A stretch of 64,000 nt of DNA from an uncultured virus (IMG/VR IMGVR_UViG_3300048065_001102). Lineage: Duplodnaviria > Heunggongvirae > Uroviricota > Caudoviricetes. The stretch is taken from the IMG/VR virus record IMGVR_UViG_3300048065_001102; one strand, given 5' to 3'. Position numbers and translations under genes: made by a program. Under the pieces are notes generated by a model that saw nothing but the letters and a program-made list of their open reading frames with translations, made no database searches and was not told where the DNA came from. This document shows, piece after piece, positions 48,101-56,075 of the stretch (position 1 is its first letter; the number at the start of each line of letters is the position of its first letter).

Positions 48101-49423
48101 TCCTTCTCCCCAGTCACCATATGAAGATTTTCTATATTTTCCTCCTCCACCAGAACCAAACATACCCGTGACTTGTTGTTTATTCCAATTACCAGGAACA
48201 TAACTTTCTCCAATTCCACCTTGTAAAGTTGAAGAATTGCCTATATTACCACCACGAAATCCCATATTATCAGCACGAACAGTTCCATTTACCACTATTT
48301 CATTTGCTGATAACAATGTTAATCCTTGAATTTCAGTTTCAGAACCGGTCCATCCATAACTGTCAACAATTATATTAGAATTTACAACTATTTTATTGTA
48401 TCGTTTAGGAGCAACTACGAATGTATTATTACTTACATTATATTGTTTTTTAATATTAGTTTTAAAAGTTAAAACATTATTATTGATTTCCGAAATTTCT
48501 ACAAATTCATAATTACCAACAGTTGATGCATCTAATCCTGAGTTGGTGATTAGTAATAATCTTTGATTAAGTTTAAAGTCTGTACCAGTTAAAGTTGATA
48601 GTGTAATTGTATTTTCTGTGATCGCAGAGATTCTATCGTTGGTATATGACAATTTTGTATATTCATTTATTTCAAGCAACTCCCCATCTAATGCTGAATC
48701 TTTGACTTCATTTATTAAAGTAAATTCAGGTGCAACTGGAATATCTTTTACATTTAACCACGATTCAATTGTAAAATCACCTACAAGAGTTTGATCTGAA
48801 TCTGTGTATAAATAATCTCCGTCTCCGTCAAATTCGACTGAACTATTTCCGAGAATTTTTACATCAAGATCATGATGTGCGTTTCCTGCGGTAACTAATT
48901 CATGACGAGTAGAAGCATCAACGATTTCTTCGTTTTCAGATGAAGCATCACTTTGTACTGCTAAAATTACATCTTCACAAATAGGTTCGTCTGGAGCAAT
49001 ACAACAAACTGCTTCACTTGCTAATCGTGGAAGATGATCAATTCCACCTTCAAGTGTTGGTTTTATTCCAGTTGTTACATAATTGTCATATGCAGTAAGT
49101 AATTCTTGAACAGTTTGTGGTTTATTTCCGTTCAATGTCTCACTTACAAAAACATCGTAAATGTGTATATCAAATAAATCAAATAATCCATTTAAATTAA
49201 AATCAGAGCAATCAAATTCTGGCAAATGATCAATTCCACCTTCAAGTGTTGGTTTTATTCCAGTTGTTACATAATTGTCATATGCAGTAAGTAATTCTTG
49301 AACAGTTTGTGGTTTATTTCCGTTCAATGTCTCACTTACAAAAACATCGTAAATGTGTATATCAAATAAATCAAATAAATTATTTAAATTAAAATCGTCG
49401 TTACAACAAAAATTTTTGCTCAT
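42110..49423 (-). CDS. giant adhesin/fibre-like protein: dockerin-like pair, three LamG-like domains, Gly-rich region, PT linkers, BspA/DUF285 LRRs
   Basis: SSLYFDG.GDYL..DFTIE.W..W.H.A.V..YIQDFRISKK (LamG); GGGGAGG segments; many LDVSNFDTSNVTDMS.MF repeats; likely start MSKNFCC. Confidence 0.8.
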   Translation of the reverse strand: MSKNFCCNDDFNLNNLFDLFDIHIYDVFVSETLNGNKPQTVQELLTAYDNYVTTGIKPTLEGGIDHLPEFDCSDFNLNGLFDLFDIHIYDVFVSETLNGNKPQTVQELLTAYDNYVTTGIKPTLEGGIDHLPRLASEAVCCIAPDEPICEDVILAVQSDASSENEEIVDASTRHELVTAGNAHHDLDVKILGNSSVEFDGDGDYLYTDSDQTLVGDFTIESWLNVKDIPVAPEFTLINEVKDSALDGELLEINEYTKLSYTNDRISAITENTITLSTLTGTDFKLNQRLLLITNSGLDASTVGNYEFVEISEINNNVLTFKTNIKKQYNVSNNTFVVAPKRYNKIVVNSNIIVDSYGWTGSETEIQGLTLLSANEIVVNGTVRADNMGFRGGNIGNSSTLQGGIGESYVPGNWNKQQVTGMFGSGGGGKYRKSSYGDWGEGGAGAGHGTLGQSIGSAKGGTAFAADNNTIKEKLFMGPGGGQGASDNASPHDSQNSTGGRGGDGGGIVIIDAIHCEISKNGFIQSKGEFGGKALDPGNAEPGHGGGGAGGSILFTGNVHNKGTIRTKFGARQVANGTGGSSGWGNTSGNGGNGVIAYNGFQVGLKTDYGLAHHFWKNSAVVLDGRSKSSETIKGTHSLIKVVPSKTSSKYQIAIGSINDNVLLEHDIDFNEWIHFSQTRKSNVETFCINGKVIATRTYTTNYLNNAYSIAAQAVSNYVHPLPLNGYIQDLRISSKAVYDGCHDLPPTLFTNFPTKPNQPTCTELALSIQSDTTNNADEIIDISQNNISITKNGDVSHTTSKPYYGKSSLYFNGDGQYLQVESSPNLHFGIDDFTIEFWINFPTTSSSFYLQNNKELTTGEESSRWLIVANPTSIRFITHTSGDTIGNQSMSESLNTWNHIVFVRKNGELKIYYNGGEIASGNLGGNYDQNGLNIGSHSETFGNFPFSNAYIQDFRVSKKAVYTGECFIVPSTLHESVVTIPNEPYCSELALSIQSDTTNETDEIVDISDNNFSITKNGDVHHETNNPLIGSSSLYFDGTGDYLSVGDTSTFKYIHNLTSEYTIECWVYVNAITKDSLDRRSINITGNNGPSQTKGFSIYFGETGLIFWTSDGNGSSGQVVTSVEHPMTDAEILNNWMHIAVVYDKTETKMYLNGNLVKSSDEERVTPVGANATYPLTIGYTPHDMGVTNYPINAYIQDFRISKKVVYTGCFVPPMHYHVCGTPTPTPSPLLPFCSEDYTGVEDTTICVSDFTDGTILSPTTLVYEEMFNDRPRYISTTTDGVTMSVYYENEVPQTQNLEPGIKKVWLIVVDDPNGPYWYHSLSDECAFYPWNAIWPTNTSDERFEIDLKYGDSDRFGGYWYDFHPFEGEYVNNGALQVSENACPTPTPTPTPTSTPTPTPTPTPTPNIVGEIRWHSDCADGIWHTTPGSYPNPGKEKFREFTITLNGTSSPVKSSTATLSGPDADKLNLGGMDKDTHRLYFDNTSDWNADENIGKTYTVVINIEAVYRGDPYDNVVVNFSTEYTFTVEKGLTSTDTHNGERLPLPIQTTLETNVYAFYDDANIIATYNITNTIPTRTAELTIQSVSIKRYNPERPDLQIGNAFVTLFNWSNDASSYAPFQWKSVKEVAGLKLDENDNLIFTEPPIANAVYRVRIGLQDGCYAGLLKQNYADITSIAYLEFYTLPKPCCDLTTNTYEIVSGNTNSAVDSLSAEWFDNFGGKLCYNNISEGTPKSYLAFVQDAQEPVGTINLTGDFVADPQIYYTDAEGFCISAVPTIENDNEVYRFRNSDSLLGTIEITYENFDRNLSLPMIEIGSNGITLEHSGQFFKIHNINEYEDTLLKMFLGNEAEKLPSQVTIKVHGDVKTFGIQEDKIQQNWNKTYNLNNNQCITHFKIKRMSSLTNVESMLEGCTNLTKENLDLSEFDTSNITNMNSMFKDCTSLSELNLSNFNVNSVTSMENMFDGCTSLSAVDFTGWCVANIDSEPSNFAANSLFTERPIWGDFGNCTFEGDIVLNYSDVSQISVRVIVGEGGGSVEFEGNNDTETRNLEYGSYYQSISKTSNDGLSHTYTVTIRGHIKALNAGGSLNASKSNLIHASISKMPYLENAVQMFKDCTSLQTVDLSQWNANLSNTSEMFYNCNKLESLNVSNFNTSRVTSMSDMFGLCRSLTSLDVSNFDTSNVTDMSRMFRQMSMLSDLDLSNFDFSSVTNVSNMFNFAIRLSSITFNENINTDKIVSMDSFFNGCEKLTSLNVNMFNTQNVRSMNRTFSQCSNLQSLDISNWNTTNVISMNNMFDSSYNLVSLNTNFDTRSLTHAPSMFYNCQALTSLDLNNWNTENLININAMFALCSSLNSLNIENWNTGNVTNMRVLFSGDSSLSSLNISNWDTKNVTNMDGMFASCNLLSNLDFTKWCVENIPNEPANFSFNSGLNTHPNWGQPC
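49034..49378. repeat. exact 153-bp direct repeat (192-bp period)
   Basis: 49034-49186 identical to 49226-49378 by eye. Confidence 0.9.
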
Positions 49424-49437
49424 TTTTAATAATCCAA

Positions 49438-51501
49438 TTAACAACCCATATTGTCTAACTTTATTTTATTTCCGTCTTCATCATCAAAATAAATTTCACT
49501 AAACTGATGTTGCTTTAAAGGAGCCGAAGCATTTGAAGTTGCATATACATTATTTGCCTGAAACCAATTCTCGTTTGAATCACTTGATGCTCTATGTGGT
49601 TTGGTACATGACAAGTCTTGTTTAAAAATATTTGCCATGTAACTATGAGTCACATTTTGACTTGAATTAACTAGTTTAAGCACAGGAAATAGACTTCCGC
49701 ATTCCTTGCATGACAGATCTACCCTACCACCTGCTCCAAATATTTTTGTGCCTTCTCCAGTTGCATTTGGTTTTGTTGGGGAATCGATGATTGCCACATA
49801 TGGAAGTCCACCACCACCAAAATTTTCTAATGATGATGTCATCGCAGGATGATCTACGAATGTAAGTTTTGTGTAAGGTAATGGAGCAATAAAACTTATT
49901 ACAATTGCAGTAGATCTTCCGGATGGAACGATATTAAATACAGCAGGAGTTCCATTTCCACTTATATTACCTACCATAAGTGCATTTTCCAATTCCTCGT
50001 ATGTGCTGAAGTACGGTGCTAGAAGTGAACCATCCATGCGGACTCCGGTTGCAAACGGATTAAATCCATCAGGATCTGTGTGCAGGTTCTTATCATACCG
50101 TGTTCCGTCTTTAATTTCACGTGTAGTTCCTGTATAAAATGAATTCCACCCAGCCACCGCATTTGCAGTTGTATGTATATTAAGATTTGGAACTTCGTTG
50201 TTATCAATTACATTTAGTTCAAACCAATCTGAATAATGAAGGTCTGTGTTAATATCGGTTCCAGAGAAACCTAACCATAATTTACTTGTATCCATAGGAG
50301 TTGGGGTTGGAGTTGGAGTTGGAGTAGGTGTTGGGGTTGGTGTAGGTGTTGGAGTGGGTGTTGGAGTTGGTGTTGGAGTAGGTGTTGGAGTCGGAGTAGG
50401 TGTTGGAGTAGGTGTTGGAGTAGGTGTTGGAGTAGGTGTTGGAGTAGGTGTTGGAGTCGGAGTAGGTGTTGGAGTAGGTGTTGGAGTGGGTGTTGGAGTA
50501 GGTGTTGGAGTAGGTGTTGGAGTAGGTGTTGGGGTTGGGGTTGGAGTAGGTGTTGGGGTTGGAGTAGGTGTTGGAGTAGGTGTTGGAGTAGGTGTTGGAG
50601 TAGGTGTCGGTGTTGGAATAGGTGTTGGAGTAGGTGTTGGGGTTGGAGTAGGTGTTGGAGTAGGTGTCGGTGTAGGAGTCGGTGTAGGTTTAGGAGCACA
50701 ATCTGATGGACCTAAAAGTTTTAATTCACAGTATTCATCTCCAACTTTTTCTTCAAGAAATGCCTCATAGCAATTACAATTTGCATCAATATAACGAATC
50801 TTATTATTTACAATTTTAAATTCTGTATTGATTTGTCCAACAATACCCAATGTAGGAGTTGCTACAATGAATATTCTATCCGATTCAGTAATGCTTGTAT
50901 TTAAATCATCCCAACATAACTGACCTTCTCCATTGAATCCACTTAAAGTAAATCCATTTCGTGCAAACGGATCAAACGATGTAATTACATATGTATTATC
51001 AAAGTCTGGACAACAAATTATTTCAGTCGGTGTTGGTGTTGGTGTCGGAGTTGGTGTAGGAGTTGGTGTAGGTGTAGGTGTTGGAGTAGGTGTTGGAGTA
51101 GGTGTTGGAGTAGGTGTTGGGGTGGGTGTTGGAGTAGGTGTTGGACTCTTAACTTCACAATCTTTAAAAGTAATTCTGCCGTCTGGATTCTGATTATAGT
51201 AAGAAGCAACGAAATGAGGTATATCAATTGTCGATGTTCCTTTTTTAAGATAAATCAAATAAGCCGCACCACATTCAAGTTCTGTAAAGTCTTGTAAATT
51301 TGCATCGGCATCACCATTAAATGAACGAACAATTAAATCATCTTGAATCCAATATACCGCACGAACTTTATCTTTAACTGAATTTAAATCAAATGGTTTG
51401 CAATCTTCAAGTGGAACAATATCACCGGAATCGTTAGAGCATATTCCATACCACCCGTTTACTATCATATATTGATCACTTATTTGTTTTAAAATTGCCA
51501 T
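49438..51501 (-). CDS. modular PT-rich protein with about 130-aa PT stalk
   Basis: GWYGIC...[17 protein letters not shown] tract; CC..CY module; long PT tract; C-domain shared with 37191-39416. Confidence 0.65.
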   Translation of the reverse strand: MAILKQISDQYMIVNGWYGICSNDSGDIVPLEDCKPFDLNSVKDKVRAVYWIQDDLIVRSFNGDADANLQDFTELECGAAYLIYLKKGTSTIDIPHFVASYYNQNPDGRITFKDCEVKSPTPTPTPTPTPTPTPTPTPTPTPTPTPTPTPTPTPTPTPTEIICCPDFDNTYVITSFDPFARNGFTLSGFNGEGQLCWDDLNTSITESDRIFIVATPTLGIVGQINTEFKIVNNKIRYIDANCNCYEAFLEEKVGDEYCELKLLGPSDCAPKPTPTPTPTPTPTPTPTPTPTPTPIPTPTPTPTPTPTPTPTPTPTPTPTPTPTPTPTPTPTPTPTPTPTPTPTPTPTPTPTPTPTPTPTPTPTPTPTPTPTPTPTPTPTPTPTPTPTPTPTPTPTPTPTPTPMDTSKLWLGFSGTDINTDLHYSDWFELNVIDNNEVPNLNIHTTANAVAGWNSFYTGTTREIKDGTRYDKNLHTDPDGFNPFATGVRMDGSLLAPYFSTYEELENALMVGNISGNGTPAVFNIVPSGRSTAIVISFIAPLPYTKLTFVDHPAMTSSLENFGGGGLPYVAIIDSPTKPNATGEGTKIFGAGGRVDLSCKECGSLFPVLKLVNSSQNVTHSYMANIFKQDLSCTKPHRASSDSNENWFQANNVYATSNASAPLKQHQFSEIYFDDEDGNKIKLDNMGC
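50297..50689. repeat. (Pro-Thr)n coding tandem repeat, longest in window
   Basis: About 390 bp of (GGAGTAGGTGTT)-type units. Confidence 0.95.
51025..51144. repeat. (Pro-Thr)n coding tandem repeat
   Basis: Same 12-bp unit. Confidence 0.95.
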
Positions 51502-51511
51502 TACTTTTACC

Positions 51512-53032
51512 TCAATTAATTCTCATAAATATGTTTTTACCATCATTATCTTCTAAAATAAGTTCAGTTTCATAACATATTCCATCATCTGTTATAAATC
51601 TAAATGTATTATCCGTTCTGTTTGCGGTTATATTAATCTTAATTGCACCATTTGAATTATCATTGCTTTCAAAATAGCACAAATAAGTTTTAGGTAAATT
51701 TATTCCATCCAGTTCCTTCCAACACAAAGTTCCTTCTTTGTTACCTGTGATAGTAAGATTGTTGACAGATGGTCCGTTTGTACGTGCTTGTATGTCGGTA
51801 TCTTCACAACACACAAACGGAGTTGGAGAAGGTGTTGGTGTAGGAGTTTCATCTAAACACAACTCAACTCCATACAAATTTCTTTGAGGGATGGTATTAT
51901 CTTCTACTTTTACCAAGTTTACTTCATAATTCTCTGTACCATTTATTTTTTTTAGTTCACCAGTATAACATACACCATTACAAAATATAGAAGCACAATC
52001 AAAATATACGGTGGATGAATTTTTTGGAAATACATTAGAAAGAATTTGTAAAACTTCTCTGCCTGTGTCATCTTTAATAGAAAATGTAGATTGTGTTTTA
52101 AGTTCCGTAAAGTCGTCTGAATTAAAACCAAATGCCCCATCTTCATTAAACAGTAATGTCATTGATCCCTGCACACTATCATTATTTACTTCAATCACTT
52201 TTGAGGTAGATGAATATTGAATTTTTCTAAAATAGTTTGGTACACACTCACTACCTGTAATACTATTTGTATCATAAACATTTATACTCTTTATAATAGG
52301 TGTTCCTGTAAGTTCTTTATACTTTACTTTAAATTTTAATCGTTTTGTGATGTTATATTCTATGCCCGTTGCATCATCTCGTAAATCTGCCCATCCGAAA
52401 CGATTAGATGTTTTTTCTTCCTCACAATCAGTTTCAACAAAATATTTTGTTCTGTTTATTAATTCAGTATAAAGTTCGTTTGCTTTACTTCCGTTGTTTG
52501 TGCGATTTTTTATATTTACAAAGGAAATTGGTTCAATTGTATGATCTGTATCAAATAATACATTATCAAATTCAAACTCTGCACCTTGTATCATACGGTT
52601 TGTATTTGTTGGATCTAAATTGTCGGTATAAACCGTGACCATAAATGTTTTATTTTCCTGGTCAATATCTGTAACCTGAATTGTACATGGAGTGTAAAAG
52701 CAACTATCAGTAACACGTAACTCTGTACCATCTGAAGAGTCTTGAGCATAATCTCCCACAACCAATCCTGGTATATCAATCACTTGGTCTGGAAAAATAT
52801 TATCTGTTGATTTGAGTTTTATTAAATATGGAACTCCACACACAAGTGTATCAAAGTCAGAAACATTGATACAATCGGTTGTAGATGACCAATGCTTCCA
52901 CCCAGAATTTACATCAGAAACCTGAAATACAAAATCAATTGCATCTTTATATTCTGTTAAATTTAAATCAACGCAGTCCTCTTCACAAGTTCCATACCAT
53001 ACTAAATTATATATCTTATTTAATGTACTCAT
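51512..53032 (-). CDS. modular protein (WYG/LECG module, cohesin-like domain, CC..CY module)
   Basis: [10 protein letters not shown]...[28 protein letters not shown] domain homologous to that in 35859-37169. Confidence 0.6.
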   Translation of the reverse strand: MSTLNKIYNLVWYGTCEEDCVDLNLTEYKDAIDFVFQVSDVNSGWKHWSSTTDCINVSDFDTLVCGVPYLIKLKSTDNIFPDQVIDIPGLVVGDYAQDSSDGTELRVTDSCFYTPCTIQVTDIDQENKTFMVTVYTDNLDPTNTNRMIQGAEFEFDNVLFDTDHTIEPISFVNIKNRTNNGSKANELYTELINRTKYFVETDCEEEKTSNRFGWADLRDDATGIEYNITKRLKFKVKYKELTGTPIIKSINVYDTNSITGSECVPNYFRKIQYSSTSKVIEVNNDSVQGSMTLLFNEDGAFGFNSDDFTELKTQSTFSIKDDTGREVLQILSNVFPKNSSTVYFDCASIFCNGVCYTGELKKINGTENYEVNLVKVEDNTIPQRNLYGVELCLDETPTPTPSPTPFVCCEDTDIQARTNGPSVNNLTITGNKEGTLCWKELDGINLPKTYLCYFESNDNSNGAIKINITANRTDNTFRFITDDGICYETELILEDNDGKNIFMRIN

Positions 53033-54450
53033 TAAATTATTTCCTCCAAGTCAAATCTTCCATCTTTGGCCTCGGCACGATAGCATTTTCCGGTAAGATC
53101 AGGATAACCATATGTTTTTGCGTGTTCAGAGTCCATAATAGATAAATATAACACAGGATCGGCATTTATTCCTCCATTGAAAATAATAGTACCAATTGGA
53201 TTGTCATTTGGAAGATAAACTGTATATTCTTCAACCAAACCTTCACAATGATCTCCTGTACCAGAATCTATGCAAAGTTTACCACCATACAATTGTTTTC
53301 CAACTGTAATTTGATTTTGTCCGTCAACTATTGTTTCATCAGGTCCTGTATTAAATACATTCAAGTGATCACGACAACATACAAACGGAATCGGTGTACC
53401 ATCGGTACAATCACATACCCATAACCAGTGATTAGATTTTCCAGGAACATCTGCAATAGAGTTTTGAGCATCACCTTCTGTTCCTTGATAATCGTGTGCC
53501 ATATACAAACTTCCGTTGTAAGATACAACCGTTTCATGCTTGTAGTAATTCGTTGGAATCCATGTTTCGTGTTCTGAACACAGACATTGTGGTGTAGGTG
53601 TGGGTGTAGGTTCTATATACGGTGTTGGTGTTGGTGTAGGTGGTACATACGGAGTTGGAGTAGGAGTAGGTGTTGGAAATATAATATCCTCACATGAACA
53701 CACCCAAAGCCAGTGAATAGATTTACCTGGTTCATCATCTGCATCATTTATTTTACCGAGTGCTTCATATAAATGACCATTGTGAATAGCAAGTTCACCA
53801 GTTGTGAATAAACGATATGCACCACTAAAATCTAAAGAAATTTTTGTATCGTCATCATCTGAATAAAAATCAAATTCTACTGATTTAATATTTTTGAATA
53901 ATATTGGTTCTTCTATATCAATATAAATTTCCCCACCAAACGGATACTGTCCATCAACTTGAATTCCAGTCGTTCCGCCTGAGAATAATCCCTCACGGTT
54001 TCCTATAATTGAACCTATCAATGAATTTTTTTCTTCTGTTTTGTATGCACCTCCATATATTTTTTTTATTTTTGGATTGATACAATCTCGTTCTCCTTTT
54101 TGTTTTATACAAATAGATTTTACTAAAAAGTTTGCATCTTGTTTTCCAGAACCTTTGAATTTTATTTTTAATGTATCAAAAATAGCACTATCATTTGTTT
54201 GCCATGTTTTGAATACATTATAGTTATTTAAATCAGTTTCATCATCGTAACACGATGACTTTGGTTTACTTCGCAAAACATCTCGGTCTGTTTCATGTTC
54301 ACTTAGTATATTGTAGTACCTCGTTGAGTCTGTGCGAATCCACCCACCGTTCCAATCTGAATGATCCGAACAATCACATAAGTGTTGTGGATGACCCTTA
54401 CTTGCTAAAGCCATATATAGCTTTTGTGTTATTTCACTTAACCAACTCAT
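53032..54450 (-). CDS. modular protein with two CBM5/12-like repeats, PT linker and CC..CY module
   Basis: GELAIHNGHLYEA..PGKSIHWLWVC and W....Y....VVSYNGSLYMA..PGKSNHWLWVC. Confidence 0.6.
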   Translation of the reverse strand: MSWLSEITQKLYMALASKGHPQHLCDCSDHSDWNGGWIRTDSTRYYNILSEHETDRDVLRSKPKSSCYDDETDLNNYNVFKTWQTNDSAIFDTLKIKFKGSGKQDANFLVKSICIKQKGERDCINPKIKKIYGGAYKTEEKNSLIGSIIGNREGLFSGGTTGIQVDGQYPFGGEIYIDIEEPILFKNIKSVEFDFYSDDDDTKISLDFSGAYRLFTTGELAIHNGHLYEALGKINDADDEPGKSIHWLWVCSCEDIIFPTPTPTPTPYVPPTPTPTPYIEPTPTPTPQCLCSEHETWIPTNYYKHETVVSYNGSLYMAHDYQGTEGDAQNSIADVPGKSNHWLWVCDCTDGTPIPFVCCRDHLNVFNTGPDETIVDGQNQITVGKQLYGGKLCIDSGTGDHCEGLVEEYTVYLPNDNPIGTIIFNGGINADPVLYLSIMDSEHAKTYGYPDLTGKCYRAEAKDGRFDLEEII

Positions 54451-54467
54451 AAAACAATAATATAATG

Positions 54468-54475
54468 ATAAATAT
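54468..54475 (-). promoter_or_regulatory. ATATTTAT motif (putative late promoter)
   Basis: Just downstream of the terminator, upstream of ATG 54450. Confidence 0.45.
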
Positions 54476-54505
54476 ATACAATTTTAAATATCTTGTTAGA
54501 TAAAC

Positions 54506-54536
54506 AAAAAAAGGAGGGTTTTACCCTCCTTTTTTT
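54506..54536 (-). terminator. intrinsic (probably bidirectional) terminator
   Basis: A7-GGAGGGT-TTT-ACCCTCC-T7 perfect inverted repeat about 20 nt after the stop of 54558-55511. Confidence 0.85.
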
Positions 54537-54557
54537 CAAAACTATTATTTTTACTTA

Positions 54558-55511
54558 TTAAATGTTTTCTTCAGTCGTAACCACTGCTTCGGCATTTTCA
54601 ACTACAATTAATGTTGAATCTTCTGAGTCAGATTCAGTTTTCAAACCACCACTTATTATAGCACCTTCAATTTCACCTGATTTATTAACAAAATGAGAAC
54701 TTGATGGTGGGGATGTAAAAGTTACTGGTGTTTGACCAGAACCATTTGCTATCCACTTCGTTCCTTCTAATATATTATACGGAGAATTTGTTAGCACCCA
54801 TCTTGCTTTTGTAGTTGATCCATCCGGTACTGCTGGATGCCAGAAAATATACCATTCACCATCTTTGTGACGATACGCAGATCTTTCATTAATTGTTCCA
54901 ACCACACAATAAGGACCATTTGCCGATTCTATGTCAGCTCCTTCAAATCCTGCAACTACGATACAATTCTCATCTACAACCACATTTTCAGGATTACTTA
55001 AATAAGGACCGTGATTAACAAGTGGACTATTATTTAAATAATGAGTTCCGTTTCTATTCATTTTGGGTGTGGAGATAACCCATGATAAAATAGAAGAATC
55101 AAACCATAAAAACCAATCTCCATTCTTATAGGTAGGTTTATTATTTTTAAATATACTTGTTAATTTATATACACCCGCACCTTCACCACCTGATAATGTA
55201 ACACTCATAGGATAGTTCATTGCTATCCTACCAAAATCTGTTAAGTAGTCAGTTTCAACTGCATAACTAATATCGTAAGTTTCACCTTCAGTTAAAGTAG
55301 AATAAACTATCGCACCCGCACCACAATCTATATTTTGAAAAGAAAAACCAAGTTCCGCTCTTTCCGGGTCTGTGTTTAATACTCGTTCACCAGTATGTTC
55401 AATTTTAAAAGTAATCAACATTTTGTCTTTATGATCCATTACTTTTATATGCTCACATAGGGAGGAAGTAGAACCCACCCATACATATGAATTATTATAT
55501 TCTATTGTCAT
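54558..55511 (-). CDS. modular protein (divergent WYG/LECG module plus two G.Y..N.KP.Y..W repeats)
   Basis: VWVGS..C...FQNIDCGAGAIVY; N-terminal region homologous to 56076-59258. Confidence 0.55.
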   Translation of the reverse strand: MTIEYNNSYVWVGSTSSLCEHIKVMDHKDKMLITFKIEHTGERVLNTDPERAELGFSFQNIDCGAGAIVYSTLTEGETYDISYAVETDYLTDFGRIAMNYPMSVTLSGGEGAGVYKLTSIFKNNKPTYKNGDWFLWFDSSILSWVISTPKMNRNGTHYLNNSPLVNHGPYLSNPENVVVDENCIVVAGFEGADIESANGPYCVVGTINERSAYRHKDGEWYIFWHPAVPDGSTTKARWVLTNSPYNILEGTKWIANGSGQTPVTFTSPPSSSHFVNKSGEIEGAIISGGLKTESDSEDSTLIVVENAEAVVTTEENI

Positions 55512-55525
55512 ATCACCGATTCCAG

Positions 55526-55930
55526 TTATACCGGTACTACTCTTCCCATATCAACTCCTTGTGCAGTTGGTACAAAATTTGGAATTTCAAATTCCATTAT
55601 TCCTGGATTTTTGATTAAATACATTCTACCACATTCCAATTTATCAAATTTAATAAAGAATCTTGTTTGAGAACCAGGACCTGACCATGTATTTGATTCA
55701 GCAGGAAGCGACCAAACACTGGAACCACCTTTACTAAAAGATGAAATACGAATTAGACTTGCACTTGTAAAGTCTTGAGTTCCCTCTGCATAAGGACCTA
55801 CATATTGTGGTCCACTTGCACCTTCTGGCCATGTATATGTACCAATTTTCGTTTGTAAGTCAAACGCAGTGCAATCTTCCCCAGATACTCCGTACCAACC
55901 AAGTGTGTAATAAGTTGTTATTAATGCCAT
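55526..55930 (-). CDS. stand-alone WYG/LECG module protein
   Basis: GWYGVSGEDC..FDL...KLECGRMYLIK...EIPNFV...GRV; AGGAG SD. Confidence 0.65.
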   Translation of the reverse strand: MALITTYYTLGWYGVSGEDCTAFDLQTKIGTYTWPEGASGPQYVGPYAEGTQDFTSASLIRISSFSKGGSSVWSLPAESNTWSGPGSQTRFFIKFDKLECGRMYLIKNPGIMEFEIPNFVPTAQGVDMGRVVPV

Positions 55931-55962
55931 TTTTTTTCTCCTATAATAGTTTTGTTATAGTA

Positions 55963-56047
55963 ATAAATATATTATTATAATTTTTTTTTGATTGAATTAT
56001 TGTGTTAATGGCCGTGTTTCATTGATACCATTCACTTAGATAAATAT
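55963..56047 (-). promoter_or_regulatory. two ATATTTAT motifs (55963-55970, 56040-56047)
   Basis: Both lie in the largest intergenic gap of the window, upstream of 55526-55930. Confidence 0.45.
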
Positions 56048-56075
56048 ATAACAAAAATTTTAAATTGTTTATTTA

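Noticed and set aside
39741..50689. CRISPR array or telomere-like repeat
   Set aside because: Contiguous 6/12-bp units with no unique spacers, lying in frame inside long ORFs.
38071..51227. Plus-strand poly-(Gly-Val) ORFs and alternative-frame LQHL/YSNT ORFs
   Set aside because: Shadows of the (Pro-Thr)n repeats in other frames; no independent start signals.
55931..56075. Structured ncRNA or small ORF in the largest intergenic gap
   Set aside because: Only 8-12-codon ORFs and no convincing hairpin; better explained as a promoter region.
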